Shown here piece after piece: positions 35,422-43,979 of a stretch of 64,000 nucleotides of DNA. Both the position numbers and the translations under genes were made by a program. Each line of letters opens with the position of its first letter. Position 1 is the first letter of the stretch. Origin of the DNA: Alphaproteobacteria bacterium (lineage in GTDB: Bacteria > Pseudomonadota > Alphaproteobacteria > UBA9219); contig JAVEZQ010000006.1 in NCBI GenBank assembly GCA_034002905.1, positions 8,337 through 72,336 of the forward strand. Direction: 5' to 3'. The notes under the pieces are model-generated. The model did not search any database, had not been told where the DNA came from, and was given only the letters and a program-made list of their open reading frames with translations.

Positions 35422-35918
35422 GGGGCGACCTTTCTTAAACAGGGGATGTGGTGGGCATGACAAATGGCGATGGCCAGCGCGTCTGCGGCATCGGGGGAGA
35501 GTTTGCCCGTTCCGGGAAGCAACATGCCGACCATGGCTGTGATTTGCGCCTTATCCGCATGGCCGTATCCCGTGACGCTTTGCTTGATTTTGTTGGCGGC
35601 ATATTCTGTCACCCTTAGCCCTGCTTGGGCGGCCGTTAAAATGGCGGCTCCACGCGCTTGCCCCAATTTCAAAGCGGAAGCCGCGTTTTTGTTCATAAAG
35701 GTCTCTTCGATCGCGGCTTCATCGGGATGATAGGTCTTGATGATCTCGGCGAGTTCGCGTGAAAGCTGGGCGAGGCGCTCGGCCATTTCTGCATTGGCGG
35801 CGGGATTGATACGTCCTGCGGCAATAAAGGACAGGCGGTTGTCCTTTTGCTGGATAATACCCCAGCCGGTATGCCGAAGGCCGGGGTCTATCCCCAAAAG
35901 GCAGCGAATCAGTGTCAT
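35418..35918 (-). CDS. ruvC: Holliday junction resolvase RuvC
   Basis: 166 aa with the N-terminus LGIDPGLRHTGWGII. The size and layout are typical of RuvC. Confidence 0.92.
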   Translation of the reverse strand: MTLIRCLLGIDPGLRHTGWGIIQQKDNRLSFIAAGRINPAANAEMAERLAQLSRELAEIIKTYHPDEAAIEETFMNKNAASALKLGQARGAAILTAAQAGLRVTEYAANKIKQSVTGYGHADKAQITAMVGMLLPGTGKLSPDAADALAIAICHAHHIPCLRKVAP

Positions 35919-35962
35919 AAAAGGAGGATAGAGGGTTTTGTCGTTGGGGGCAAAAGAAGAAC

Positions 35963-35999
35963 AAAAAAACCGCTGCGGAAAAAGGAGAAACCGCAGCGG
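35963..35999 (-). terminator. Rho-independent terminator of the small minus-strand gene
   Basis: On the minus strand the sequence reads gccgctgcgg-(12 nt)-ccgcagcggttttttt, a 9-bp GC stem followed by T7. Confidence 0.8.
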
Positions 36000-36022
36000 C
36001 TTTGATGATGGAAAAAAAGTTT

Positions 36023-36208
36023 TTACCCGTTTATTAGATCACATTTGTGTGCCCTTGTTATTTGACCGCGAGAACCAGCTCGTTTGGCTGTTTCTTTGAC
36101 TTGGTTTTTCTGTGTAAGCGCAGGCTCGGCCTTGTGCTTATGTTCAGTCACATAGACCGAATTGGCACTCCAGTTGCTGGAATAGGGCCCCAGATTTAAT
36201 TTGGTCAT
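36023..36208 (-). CDS. Hypothetical small basic protein (61 aa)
   Basis: The ATG is preceded by a GGAGG Shine-Dalgarno with 6-nt spacing (TGGAGGCTTGTTATG). A clean rho-independent terminator follows 24 nt after the stop. I recognised no family. Confidence 0.5.
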   Translation of the reverse strand: MTKLNLGPYSSNWSANSVYVTEHKHKAEPALTQKNQVKETAKRAGSRGQITRAHKCDLING

Positions 36209-36408
36209 AACAAGCCTCCACTACGCTTTAAAATCCTAGCTTCTAAACGTCTTAAATATGAGACCCATCATACGGGAAAAAAGTTAGGATAGCGTTGAGG
36301 TTTCCTTGCATTTTATCTATTTGGCGCAGCCGTTTTTTGTTTCTTTTTTTAGGATTATCTTTACCATAGACCCCGCAATAGGGACTTTTCAGCGCGTTAG
36401 GGCGGGGG

Positions 36409-36867
36409 ATGGAAAATATGATGTTTGAGCCTTTATGGTGGCATTGGGCATTGGTGGGGTTCGGCTTTATTTTGGCCGAATTGGCGATGCCGGTTTTCGT
36501 CCTTGTCTGGTTCGGTCTTGCGGGTTTTCTTGTGATGCTGGCGCTGCTTGTGGTGCCGACGCTTTCTTTGACTGTTCAGCTTCTTTTGTGGACGATTTTG
36601 TCCGTCTGTATGATGGCTTTATGGTTCCGCATCTTTCGCCGCAGTTATCATAAAGTTCTGGTCGGGCGTTCCTCGGCCAATTTGGTGGGCGAGGTCGGTT
36701 TGATTGTTCAGGCGGTTGCGCCGTTTCAAGCGGGACGTGTTCGTTTTCAAAAGCCGCTGGTCGGCTCCGATTTGTGGGACTGCACGGCAGAGGAAGAAAT
36801 CTCCGTTGGCATGCGTGTGCGTGTTGAATCTGTTGAAGGCAACAAGGTCGTCGTGAAAAAGGTATAG
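36409..36867 (+). CDS. NfeD-family membrane protein
   Basis: 152 aa with three or four N-terminal TM helices and a C-terminal OB-fold tail (GRVRFQ...WDCTAEEEISVGMRVRVESVEGNKVVVKK). It lies upstream of the SPFH gene. Confidence 0.8.
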   Translation: MENMMFEPLWWHWALVGFGFILAELAMPVFVLVWFGLAGFLVMLALLVVPTLSLTVQLLLWTILSVCMMALWFRIFRRSYHKVLVGRSSANLVGEVGLIVQAVAPFQAGRVRFQKPLVGSDLWDCTAEEEISVGMRVRVESVEGNKVVVKKV

Positions 36868-36872
36868 GGCTG

Positions 36873-37268
36873 TTGAAAGATTTTATACAAATGCTGCGCG
36901 CAATCGTGCCCCTTGCGTTGGGACTGGCTCTGGCGTGGTTTGTTTTGGTGGGTGTTTTTGCTCTGTCTCTGTTTGTGATCTTACCGCTCTTGCTCGTCTT
37001 GGGTGTGATTGGGACCCTTGTGGCGTGGCATTATAAAAAGAAAATGCAAACGGCAACCGAAGGGGAAATAGGCGTTGCTGTCGAAAACCTTGTTCCCGGT
37101 CAGTCGGGCCTTGTGCGGTTTGAGCGCATGGCCGGAGGCGGTGCGTCTGTGCTTGCTTTTACGACCAGCCTTCCCTGCGAAAGCCTCGTGCCTATTCATG
37201 CGGGGGCGACGGTATCTGTTGTGCGTGTCGAAGGAAAAACCATTCTTGTTCAAAAACTGGAGGATTAA
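36873..37268 (+). CDS. Second NfeD-like membrane protein
   Basis: About 125-131 aa, starting at TTG 36873 or ATG 36891. It has two TM helices and an NfeD-like C-terminal beta domain (GQSGLVRFERMA...AGATVSVVRVEGKTILVQK). Confidence 0.65.
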   Translation: MKDFIQMLRAIVPLALGLALAWFVLVGVFALSLFVILPLLLVLGVIGTLVAWHYKKKMQTATEGEIGVAVENLVPGQSGLVRFERMAGGGASVLAFTTSLPCESLVPIHAGATVSVVRVEGKTILVQKLED

Positions 37269-37271
37269 GCC

Positions 37272-38129
37272 ATGAGTGCATCGTTAATTGTCGTCATAGC
37301 CTTTTTGCTTTTCGTGTTTGTGACATTGTCAAAAGGCATCCGTATTGTGCCGCAAGGCGAGGAATGGGTGATCGAGCGGTTGGGCAAATATCACGAAACC
37401 TTTATGCCCGGCCTCAACTTTATGATTCCTTATATCGACAATGTCTCACAGCGCATTGTCACAAAGGATGTTTTGCTGGATGTGCAGGAGCAAGAAGTGA
37501 TTACCAAGGACAATGCCGTGATCCTTGCCAACGCGATTGCGTTTGTCAAAGTCACTGATCCCGTTAAAGCCGTTTATGGCGTTGTCGATTTTGCCGAAGC
37601 TATTCGCTACCTGATCATGACAACTTTGCGTTCGATCATTGGCGAGATGGAGCTGGACGAAGCCCTTTCCTCGCGTGAGCAGATCAAGGCTCGTTTGCGT
37701 GAAAGCATTGCGGACGAAGTGATGGATTGGGGTCTGACGATCCGTTCCGTTGAAATTCAGGACATCAAGCCTTCGCCGACGATGCAGCGCGCGATGGAAC
37801 TGCAAGCGTCTGCCGAACGTGAAAGAAAAGCGACGGTCACAAAGGCGGAAGGTGAAAAGCAAGCGGCGATCTTGCAGGCCGATGCTCGTCTTGAAGCGTC
37901 AAAGCGTGATGGCGAGGCTCAAATCGTTTTGGCCGATGCATCTGCCCAAGCGATCCACAAGGTTATGCAGGCTGCGGCTGGTGCGGACACCTCTTTGGCA
38001 TACCTTCTTGGCGAAAAATATATCAAGGCGATGGGCCATCTGGCCGAGTCCCAGAATGCCAAGACGGTTCTGCTCCCCGCCGATATTCAGGAAACGGTTC
38101 GCGGTTTGATGGGCAAATTAAGGGCGTAA
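37272..38129 (+). CDS. SPFH/band-7 (stomatin-like) protein
   Basis: 285 aa with an N-terminal TM helix and the blocks IRIVPQGEEWVIERLGKY and EMELDEALSSRE. The coiled tail is Ala/Glu-rich. Confidence 0.9.
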   Translation: MSASLIVVIAFLLFVFVTLSKGIRIVPQGEEWVIERLGKYHETFMPGLNFMIPYIDNVSQRIVTKDVLLDVQEQEVITKDNAVILANAIAFVKVTDPVKAVYGVVDFAEAIRYLIMTTLRSIIGEMELDEALSSREQIKARLRESIADEVMDWGLTIRSVEIQDIKPSPTMQRAMELQASAERERKATVTKAEGEKQAAILQADARLEASKRDGEAQIVLADASAQAIHKVMQAAAGADTSLAYLLGEKYIKAMGHLAESQNAKTVLLPADIQETVRGLMGKLRA

Positions 38130-38154
38130 GGGGCCATGTGTAAAAGGATGTGTC

Positions 38155-38174
38155 ATGCCCGCGAAAGCGGGCAT
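38155..38174. other. GC hairpin with GAAA tetraloop downstream of the SPFH gene
   Basis: The sequence is atgcccgc-gaaa-gcgggcat. No T-run follows, so it is a possible RNA stability or REP-like element rather than a classical terminator. Confidence 0.5.
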
Positions 38175-38232
38175 CCACGCATCGTATCAAAAATAGAGGG
38201 GAGCGGTTGTTTTTGAGAAGAGCAGGTTTGTT

Positions 38233-39276
38233 GTGATTGTTTTAGGGCTAGAGACAAGTTGTGATGAAACGGCTGTCGGGGTTGTGGACCGCGCGCGGCC
38301 TGCGGGTTCGCGGATTCTTGCGCAATGTGTCGCTACGCAGTTTGAGGAGCATAGGCCTTATGGCGGCGTCGTGCCAGAAATTGCGGCACGGGCGCATTTA
38401 GACAAGATGGATATGTTGGTCGAAAACGCGTTGGTCCAAGCGGGCCTTTCGTTCGATCAAATCGACGGGATTGCCGCAACCTGTGGGCCGGGTCTGATTG
38501 GTGGTGTGATGGTTGGCGCGATGACCGGCAAGGCGCTGGCGGCGGTTAGTGGCAAACCTTTTATCGCGGTCAATCATCTGGAAGCGCATGCGTTGACGGT
38601 TCGCCTGATGCATGATGTCGCCTTTCCTTATCTGCTGATGCTGATGTCCGGCGGTCATTGCCAGATCCTTCTGGTCAATGGTGTAGGGCAATATCAGCAA
38701 CTCGGAACCACGCTGGATGACGCCGTCGGCGAGTGTTTTGACAAAAGCGCCAAGCTCTTGGGGCTTGGCTATCCCGGCGGACCCTTGCTTGAAAAAGCGG
38801 CACAGAAAGGTCGGGCGCATAGCCATGACTTGCCGCGACCTTTATGTGGGCGCGCGGGTTGTGACTTTTCTTTTTCAGGCCTGAAAACGGCCGTCCGCCA
38901 AAAGGTCGAGCAGCAGGCACATCCCCTTTCGGAAAGCTTTGTTGCGGACATGGCGGCCAGCCTTCAACATACAATCGCGGATATTTTAGAGGATCGGGCT
39001 CGGCAGGCTTTCGCGATGATCGAGGCGCCTGTGACGGCGCTGGTGGTTGGCGGCGGCGTTGCGGCCAACACGGCTATTCGTGAAAGGTTGACGCAAACGG
39101 CAGCTTCACAGGGGTTGTCTTTTCTTGCCCCGCCTGTATCGTTGTGCACGGATAATGGTGTAATGATCGCGTGGGCAGGTGCTGAGCGTTTGGCCTTGGG
39201 CTTGACGGATGATCTGTCCTTTCGGGCAAGACCGCGCTGGCCTTTGGCTGAGTTAAGCAAGGAAACAGGGGCATAG
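38233..39276 (+). CDS. tsaD: tRNA N6-adenosine threonylcarbamoyltransferase TsaD
   Basis: 347 aa. The GTG start gives MIVLGLETSCDETAVGVV, and the motifs HLEAH and GGVAAN are present. Confidence 0.93.
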   Translation: MIVLGLETSCDETAVGVVDRARPAGSRILAQCVATQFEEHRPYGGVVPEIAARAHLDKMDMLVENALVQAGLSFDQIDGIAATCGPGLIGGVMVGAMTGKALAAVSGKPFIAVNHLEAHALTVRLMHDVAFPYLLMLMSGGHCQILLVNGVGQYQQLGTTLDDAVGECFDKSAKLLGLGYPGGPLLEKAAQKGRAHSHDLPRPLCGRAGCDFSFSGLKTAVRQKVEQQAHPLSESFVADMAASLQHTIADILEDRARQAFAMIEAPVTALVVGGGVAANTAIRERLTQTAASQGLSFLAPPVSLCTDNGVMIAWAGAERLALGLTDDLSFRARPRWPLAELSKETGA

Positions 39277-39277
39277 G

Positions 39278-40285
39278 ATGATGAATTCTTTTCAGCATTT
39301 TGGTGTAATAGGGGCAGGCGCGTGGGGGACGGCCTTGGCGCAAACCTTGCGTTGTGCGGGGCGTGATGTCACGCTTTGGGCACGCGAAGCGGAGGTCGTC
39401 GAGGCGATCCGTTCAACGCATCTCAACCGCGTTTATCTTCCGCAAATCCCGCTTGATGAGGAACTCAAGGCGACGAATGACCTTGCCGCGCTTTCCTCTT
39501 GCGATGTGCTTCTTTTGGTCGTGCCAGTTCAGCATATGCGTAGCGTTTGCCAGCAGCTCACCAAGGTTGGGCTTGGAGCGCAGACGCCCATCCTTGTCTG
39601 TTCAAAGGGTATCGAGATTGGCACGCTCAAATTTCCCTCGCAGATTATCGAGGAAACGCTGTCCGGACATCCGGTTGCCGTCCTCTCCGGCCCCAGCTTT
39701 GCAATCGAGGTCGCCAGCGACCTGCCCACGGCAGTGACGTTGGCCTGTCGGGATGAGGATTTGGCGACGTTTTTGTGTCATGCGATCAGCAGCCGCAATT
39801 TCCGGCCCTATTCAGCAACGGATGTGATCGGGGCGCAAATCGGCGGTGCGATCAAAAATGTTCTGGCTGTTGCGACAGGTATCGCCACAGGCTGCCAGAT
39901 GGGCGAGAATGCGCGTGCTGCGTTGATTACGCGTGGCCTTGCTGAGATGATGCGTGTTGGGAGTGCACTGGGCGGACGCGCCGAAACCATGATGGGTCTG
40001 TCGGGTCTTGGCGATTTGGTTTTGACCTGCTCCAGCACCCAGTCGCGTAACATGTCCTTAGGTTATGCCTTGGGGCAGGGGCGCAAGCTTGCCGATATCT
40101 TGGCCGAGCGAAAATCGGTGGCCGAGGGTGTGCCGACGTCTGCTGCTGCCGCCGCTCTGGCCAAACGGCTCGGGATTGATATGCCGATTGTTCAAGCGAC
40201 AGACGCCATTTTGAACAAGGGCGCAGATGTTCAGACGGTGATCGCTGGCCTCTTGGCGCGGCCGATCAGGGCTGAAGTGGGATAA
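39278..40285 (+). CDS. gpsA: NAD(P)H-dependent glycerol-3-phosphate dehydrogenase
   Basis: 335 aa with the Rossmann motif VIGAGAWGTALA and the GpsA blocks GPSFA.EV and GLGDLVLTC. Confidence 0.93.
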   Translation: MMNSFQHFGVIGAGAWGTALAQTLRCAGRDVTLWAREAEVVEAIRSTHLNRVYLPQIPLDEELKATNDLAALSSCDVLLLVVPVQHMRSVCQQLTKVGLGAQTPILVCSKGIEIGTLKFPSQIIEETLSGHPVAVLSGPSFAIEVASDLPTAVTLACRDEDLATFLCHAISSRNFRPYSATDVIGAQIGGAIKNVLAVATGIATGCQMGENARAALITRGLAEMMRVGSALGGRAETMMGLSGLGDLVLTCSSTQSRNMSLGYALGQGRKLADILAERKSVAEGVPTSAAAAALAKRLGIDMPIVQATDAILNKGADVQTVIAGLLARPIRAEVG

Positions 40286-40470
40286 CCGTACGAAGGGAGG
40301 GGGGGCGAAAAACTTCCCCCAAAGGTCTCTAGAAACGACACAGAAGACGCGTGAGGCGCCTTGCGGACTTTTCCGCACACCCCCTAGCCTAGAAAAATAA
40401 GCTTACCAGCGGCCGCTTATTAGGCTTTTAGGGCTATGTTGATAATTAAGGTTAATTCCGGCGGCATGAC

Positions 40471-41160
40471 TCAATATTTGCGCATAAGGCCGACGAGCTT
40501 GCCCTGAACCTGAACGCGGTCGGCGGGCAGGGTGCGGGGCTCATAGCGGGTATTGGCGGGAACAAGTGTAACAGAGCCCTTATCGCGTTGAAGATATTTG
40601 AGCGTCGCTTCGTGCCCATCGATCAAGGCAACAATAATAGCCCCGTTATCGGCTGTCTCTGCACGGCGAATGATGACCTGATCGCCGTTCATAATTCCTG
40701 CCTCGATCATGGAGTCGCCCGAAATCTCCAGCAGATAATGATCACCCGCACTTTTCCCCCGTGCGTTGGCGATAAGACCCAGCGGAACGTCCATATGGCC
40801 CTGAATATCGCTGATGGCTTCAATGGGTGTGCCTGCGGCAATGCGTCCATAAACGGGAAGGGAAAGCGTATCTTGTAGCGCCGTTTTGGCGTTTTGCAGC
40901 GCGTCCTTGATCGGTTGAACGACCCTTGTGGCCGCGCTTTCGGGATTATCGGGAAGACGAATGATTTCAAGGGCGCGTGCCCGATGCGGCAAACGGCGAA
41001 TAAAGCCCCGTTCTTCCAGTCCGGTGATAAGGCGATGAATACCGGATTTGGATCGCAGGCCGAGGGCCGCCTTCATTTCGTCGAAAGAGGGGGGAATCCC
41101 TTCGCTTTCCATGCGGTCACGGATCAGGAAGAGGAGTTCTTTTTGTTTGCGCGTTAGCAT
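40471..41160 (-). CDS. lexA: SOS repressor LexA
   Basis: 229 aa with an N-terminal winged helix (MLTRKQKELLFLIRD...) and the S24 peptidase motif ISGDSMIEAGIMNGD plus a downstream Lys. Confidence 0.95.
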   Translation of the reverse strand: MLTRKQKELLFLIRDRMESEGIPPSFDEMKAALGLRSKSGIHRLITGLEERGFIRRLPHRARALEIIRLPDNPESAATRVVQPIKDALQNAKTALQDTLSLPVYGRIAAGTPIEAISDIQGHMDVPLGLIANARGKSAGDHYLLEISGDSMIEAGIMNGDQVIIRRAETADNGAIIVALIDGHEATLKYLQRDKGSVTLVPANTRYEPRTLPADRVQVQGKLVGLMRKY

Positions 41161-41212
41161 GGCCCTGCATTTCCAAGACTAGATAGAGAAAAAGAACAAA
41201 CGTCTTTGTTTT

Positions 41213-41227
41213 GTTCTATGTTAGTTC
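41213..41227 (-). promoter_or_regulatory. Alphaproteobacterial-type LexA (SOS) box, GTTC-N7-GTTC direct repeat
   Basis: The sequence gttctatgttagttc (GAAC-N7-GAAC on the lexA strand) lies 53-67 nt upstream of the lexA ATG. This is the expected autoregulatory position. Confidence 0.75.
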
Positions 41228-41237
41228 TTGGTTTGTG

Positions 41238-42365
41238 TCAAGGGCGTTTCAATTTTGTCTTCGCAAACTCCATCCAGCCTGCAACGGCAATTAGCAGCAC
41301 ACAACCGAGGAGTACCATCGCTAGACTGACGATCCGGTCATAGTCGGTCAGGATCAACAAAGTGGACACGAGAAGGGAAAGGATTGTCCCGCTGATGTAA
41401 ACGGGCAGAGAATGACGACCGCACAGCATCATCAGGCTGACATCCCGTCGCGCCCAAAAACGGTGTGTCCGGTTCGGAAGAACCCACACGCCGACAATGG
41501 CTAGACAGGCGAAGTGCAGCAGCCTGATGAGGGATACATTTGTTTTGTCATCAAGGATCAAGACAGCTTCGGGAACGATACGGAACGTGCATTGGGGGAT
41601 GATGTTGACCCATGGCGCAACGGTGATAACGGATAGGAAAAGGATGGTAAGGGCTGTGTAGAACACAGGTGTTTTTCGAGCAAAAGCGACCAGAGCTTTA
41701 TGCTGCGCTGCGCAGAGAATGCCGCCGACAAAAAGAACCTGCCAAGCCAACGGATTAAAGAACCATGTCCGGTCAATCGGAAAGTTGGGCAGCGACAGGT
41801 TAAAATATCCGGCACAAAACCAAAGGGCCAAAGAAGCGCCCGCCGCGAGCCATGGCGTTAGACGCATCAAGAGCCAAGTGAGAGGAAAAAACGCCATCAA
41901 CACGACATAAAGCGGCAAGATATCTCCAAGATTGGGCAAATACCGCAAAGTAAGCAGGCGAGGAATGGCTTCGCCGGGTTGTGTCAGAAGGGGTAGGAAA
42001 TTGTACCCCTCGATAATGGGGCCAACTTTCCAGATGGCGTTTGTCCATGCCAAAAGGCCGGCCATGCCTACAACCAGTAAAATATGCGCACATAAGAGCT
42101 GCCAAATGCGTTTGGCAACACGCAGGCATCCTGTAGAAAAGCCGCCATGAACAAAAAACTTTTGAAAGGCCAAATAGGAACTGATCCCGGAAAGAAAAAC
42201 GAAAACCTCGGCTGAATCTGAAAACCCCCAGTTTCTAAGCGTCAGGGCGGCAAGGATCTGACCGGGAATATGATTGATATAAATCATCAACAAATAGATG
42301 CCACGCCAGAAATCGACTGACAGATTGCGCCCCGATGGAGCAGCGACGGCGGGAGCAAGAGACAT
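41238..42365 (-). CDS. OpgC-like / acyltransferase-3-family membrane protein
   Basis: 375 aa with about 10 TM helices. The N-terminus FWRGIYLLMIYINHIPG is typical of OpgC-family proteins. Confidence 0.6.
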   Translation of the reverse strand: MSLAPAVAAPSGRNLSVDFWRGIYLLMIYINHIPGQILAALTLRNWGFSDSAEVFVFLSGISSYLAFQKFFVHGGFSTGCLRVAKRIWQLLCAHILLVVGMAGLLAWTNAIWKVGPIIEGYNFLPLLTQPGEAIPRLLTLRYLPNLGDILPLYVVLMAFFPLTWLLMRLTPWLAAGASLALWFCAGYFNLSLPNFPIDRTWFFNPLAWQVLFVGGILCAAQHKALVAFARKTPVFYTALTILFLSVITVAPWVNIIPQCTFRIVPEAVLILDDKTNVSLIRLLHFACLAIVGVWVLPNRTHRFWARRDVSLMMLCGRHSLPVYISGTILSLLVSTLLILTDYDRIVSLAMVLLGCVLLIAVAGWMEFAKTKLKRP

Positions 42366-42529
42366 TCAAACGGCCACGCATGATAGAAGATGGTCTGTCA
42401 TGCCCAAAGTCTTCGCCTTATGCAAGGGGCTTTTTCTTGTGGCGCGTTTGTTCGGCAAAAACTGCAACATGGGTAATTTTTTCCACAGTAGTCGAGTCCT
42501 GCATCATTAGAAATCAACAGGTTGCATTT

Positions 42530-42545
42530 TGGCATGGCGCTTGCT
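42530..42545 (+). promoter_or_regulatory. Sigma-54 (-24/-12) promoter for flgE-flgK-flgL
   Basis: The sequence TGGCAT-GGCGC-TTGCT matches the consensus TGGCAC-N5-TTGCW. The GC of the -12 element is about 66 nt upstream of the flgE ATG. Confidence 0.7.
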
Positions 42546-42609
42546 GCTAGTCAGAGTGCGTGTGAGGAAGCGAGTCTTTTGCGCAACAAGGTTCAAAGCG
42601 AGGTGTTTC

Positions 42610-43947
42610 ATGTCTCTTTATGCTGCTATGCAGGTTGCGGTTGGTGGGTTGTCGGCACAGTCGGCGTCCATTGGTAATATTTCCGATAATTTGGCCAACT
42701 CCCAGACTGTGGGGTTTAAAGGGATCCAAACGAGGTTCGAATCTCTGGTTACACAATCAAACCAGTTTGCCAATGATCCGGGCGGTGTACGTGCAACGCC
42801 GTATTATACGAATAGTGAACAGGGCAACCTTGTTCAGTCGTCAAGTGCCACGGCGCTGGCTATTTCAGGCCAAGGGTTTTTTCCGGTGCGTCCGGCTGTT
42901 GTTGGTGGAGATGGCCTCACGACGTTTGGTAACACAACATTCTTTACGCGCGCCGGAGACTTTAATCTCGACAAAAACGGCTATCTGGTCAATGGCGGCG
43001 GGTACTATTTGACAGGATATGCTGTGGATGCTGACGGTGTTGTCGATACTTCGGCTTCAGATCCGATCCGTTTGTCGGAACTCCTTGATAACCCAGTTGG
43101 GACATCTTCTGTAGACTATGCGGCGAACCTTCCGTCAAGTGCGGCGGTAAACTTTGCGTCATCGCCTTCGACCATTCAGGTTTATGACTCTCTTGGTGGG
43201 GCACATGACATGACCTTCACATGGACCAAAACCGCAACAAGTGAATGGGCCTTGAACATCGTTGTTCCTGATGGGGTTTCAGATGGCGCAACGCCACCGA
43301 CCTATTCGGATTATAATGTTGATATCGATTTCACATTTAACGACACAACCAACGCTGGTACGATTGATGCGATTGCTGCAGACACGGCGGTACCGGCGCA
43401 GTGGACGGTTATCGATAATTCTACAGCACCGGAAAATAAAGCGCAGGTTCGTTTCAATTTATCCTTTGATGGCTCTGGCACCCAGCCGATTACAATTGAT
43501 TTCGGTACCTACGATGTTTCCAAGGGCGTAACCCAGTTCGCTGACACCACCGTGTCGGTAACCACATTTGATCAAAACGGTATCCCCCGTGGTTCGTTTC
43601 AAAGCTTGTCGATCGATGAAAGCGGTTATGTGGCTTTAAACTACGATAACGGGCGAACGCGCACGATTGCTCAGATACCGGTTGTCCAGTTTTTTGCTCA
43701 GGATAAGTTGCAGCGTGTGACGGGTGGCGCCTTTGAGCAGACGTTGGCTTCAGGTTCTGCGCGCTATAGTGCGCCGGGGACAAATGGCGCAGGTACGATT
43801 ATCGGCAACGCGCTTGAGGGTTCGAATGTCGATATTGCGGACGAGTTTACCCGTCTTATTCAGGCGCAACAGGTTTATTCGGCGAACGCAAAAACGATCA
43901 CGACAACGAACAACATGATGCAGGAAGCGATCAATATTATCCGTTAA
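42610..43947 (+). CDS. flgE: Flagellar hook protein FlgE
   Basis: An ATG at 42610 with GAGGTG upstream gives MSLYAAMQVAVGGLSAQSASIGNISDNLANSQTVGFK. The C-terminus reads EFTRLIQAQQVYSANAKTITTTNNMMQEAINIIR. The product is 445 aa. Confidence 0.9.
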   Translation: MSLYAAMQVAVGGLSAQSASIGNISDNLANSQTVGFKGIQTRFESLVTQSNQFANDPGGVRATPYYTNSEQGNLVQSSSATALAISGQGFFPVRPAVVGGDGLTTFGNTTFFTRAGDFNLDKNGYLVNGGGYYLTGYAVDADGVVDTSASDPIRLSELLDNPVGTSSVDYAANLPSSAAVNFASSPSTIQVYDSLGGAHDMTFTWTKTATSEWALNIVVPDGVSDGATPPTYSDYNVDIDFTFNDTTNAGTIDAIAADTAVPAQWTVIDNSTAPENKAQVRFNLSFDGSGTQPITIDFGTYDVSKGVTQFADTTVSVTTFDQNGIPRGSFQSLSIDESGYVALNYDNGRTRTIAQIPVVQFFAQDKLQRVTGGAFEQTLASGSARYSAPGTNGAGTIIGNALEGSNVDIADEFTRLIQAQQVYSANAKTITTTNNMMQEAINIIR

Positions 43948-43979
43948 TACTGATTTCGTGATCAAGTGAGGGTAAAGCA

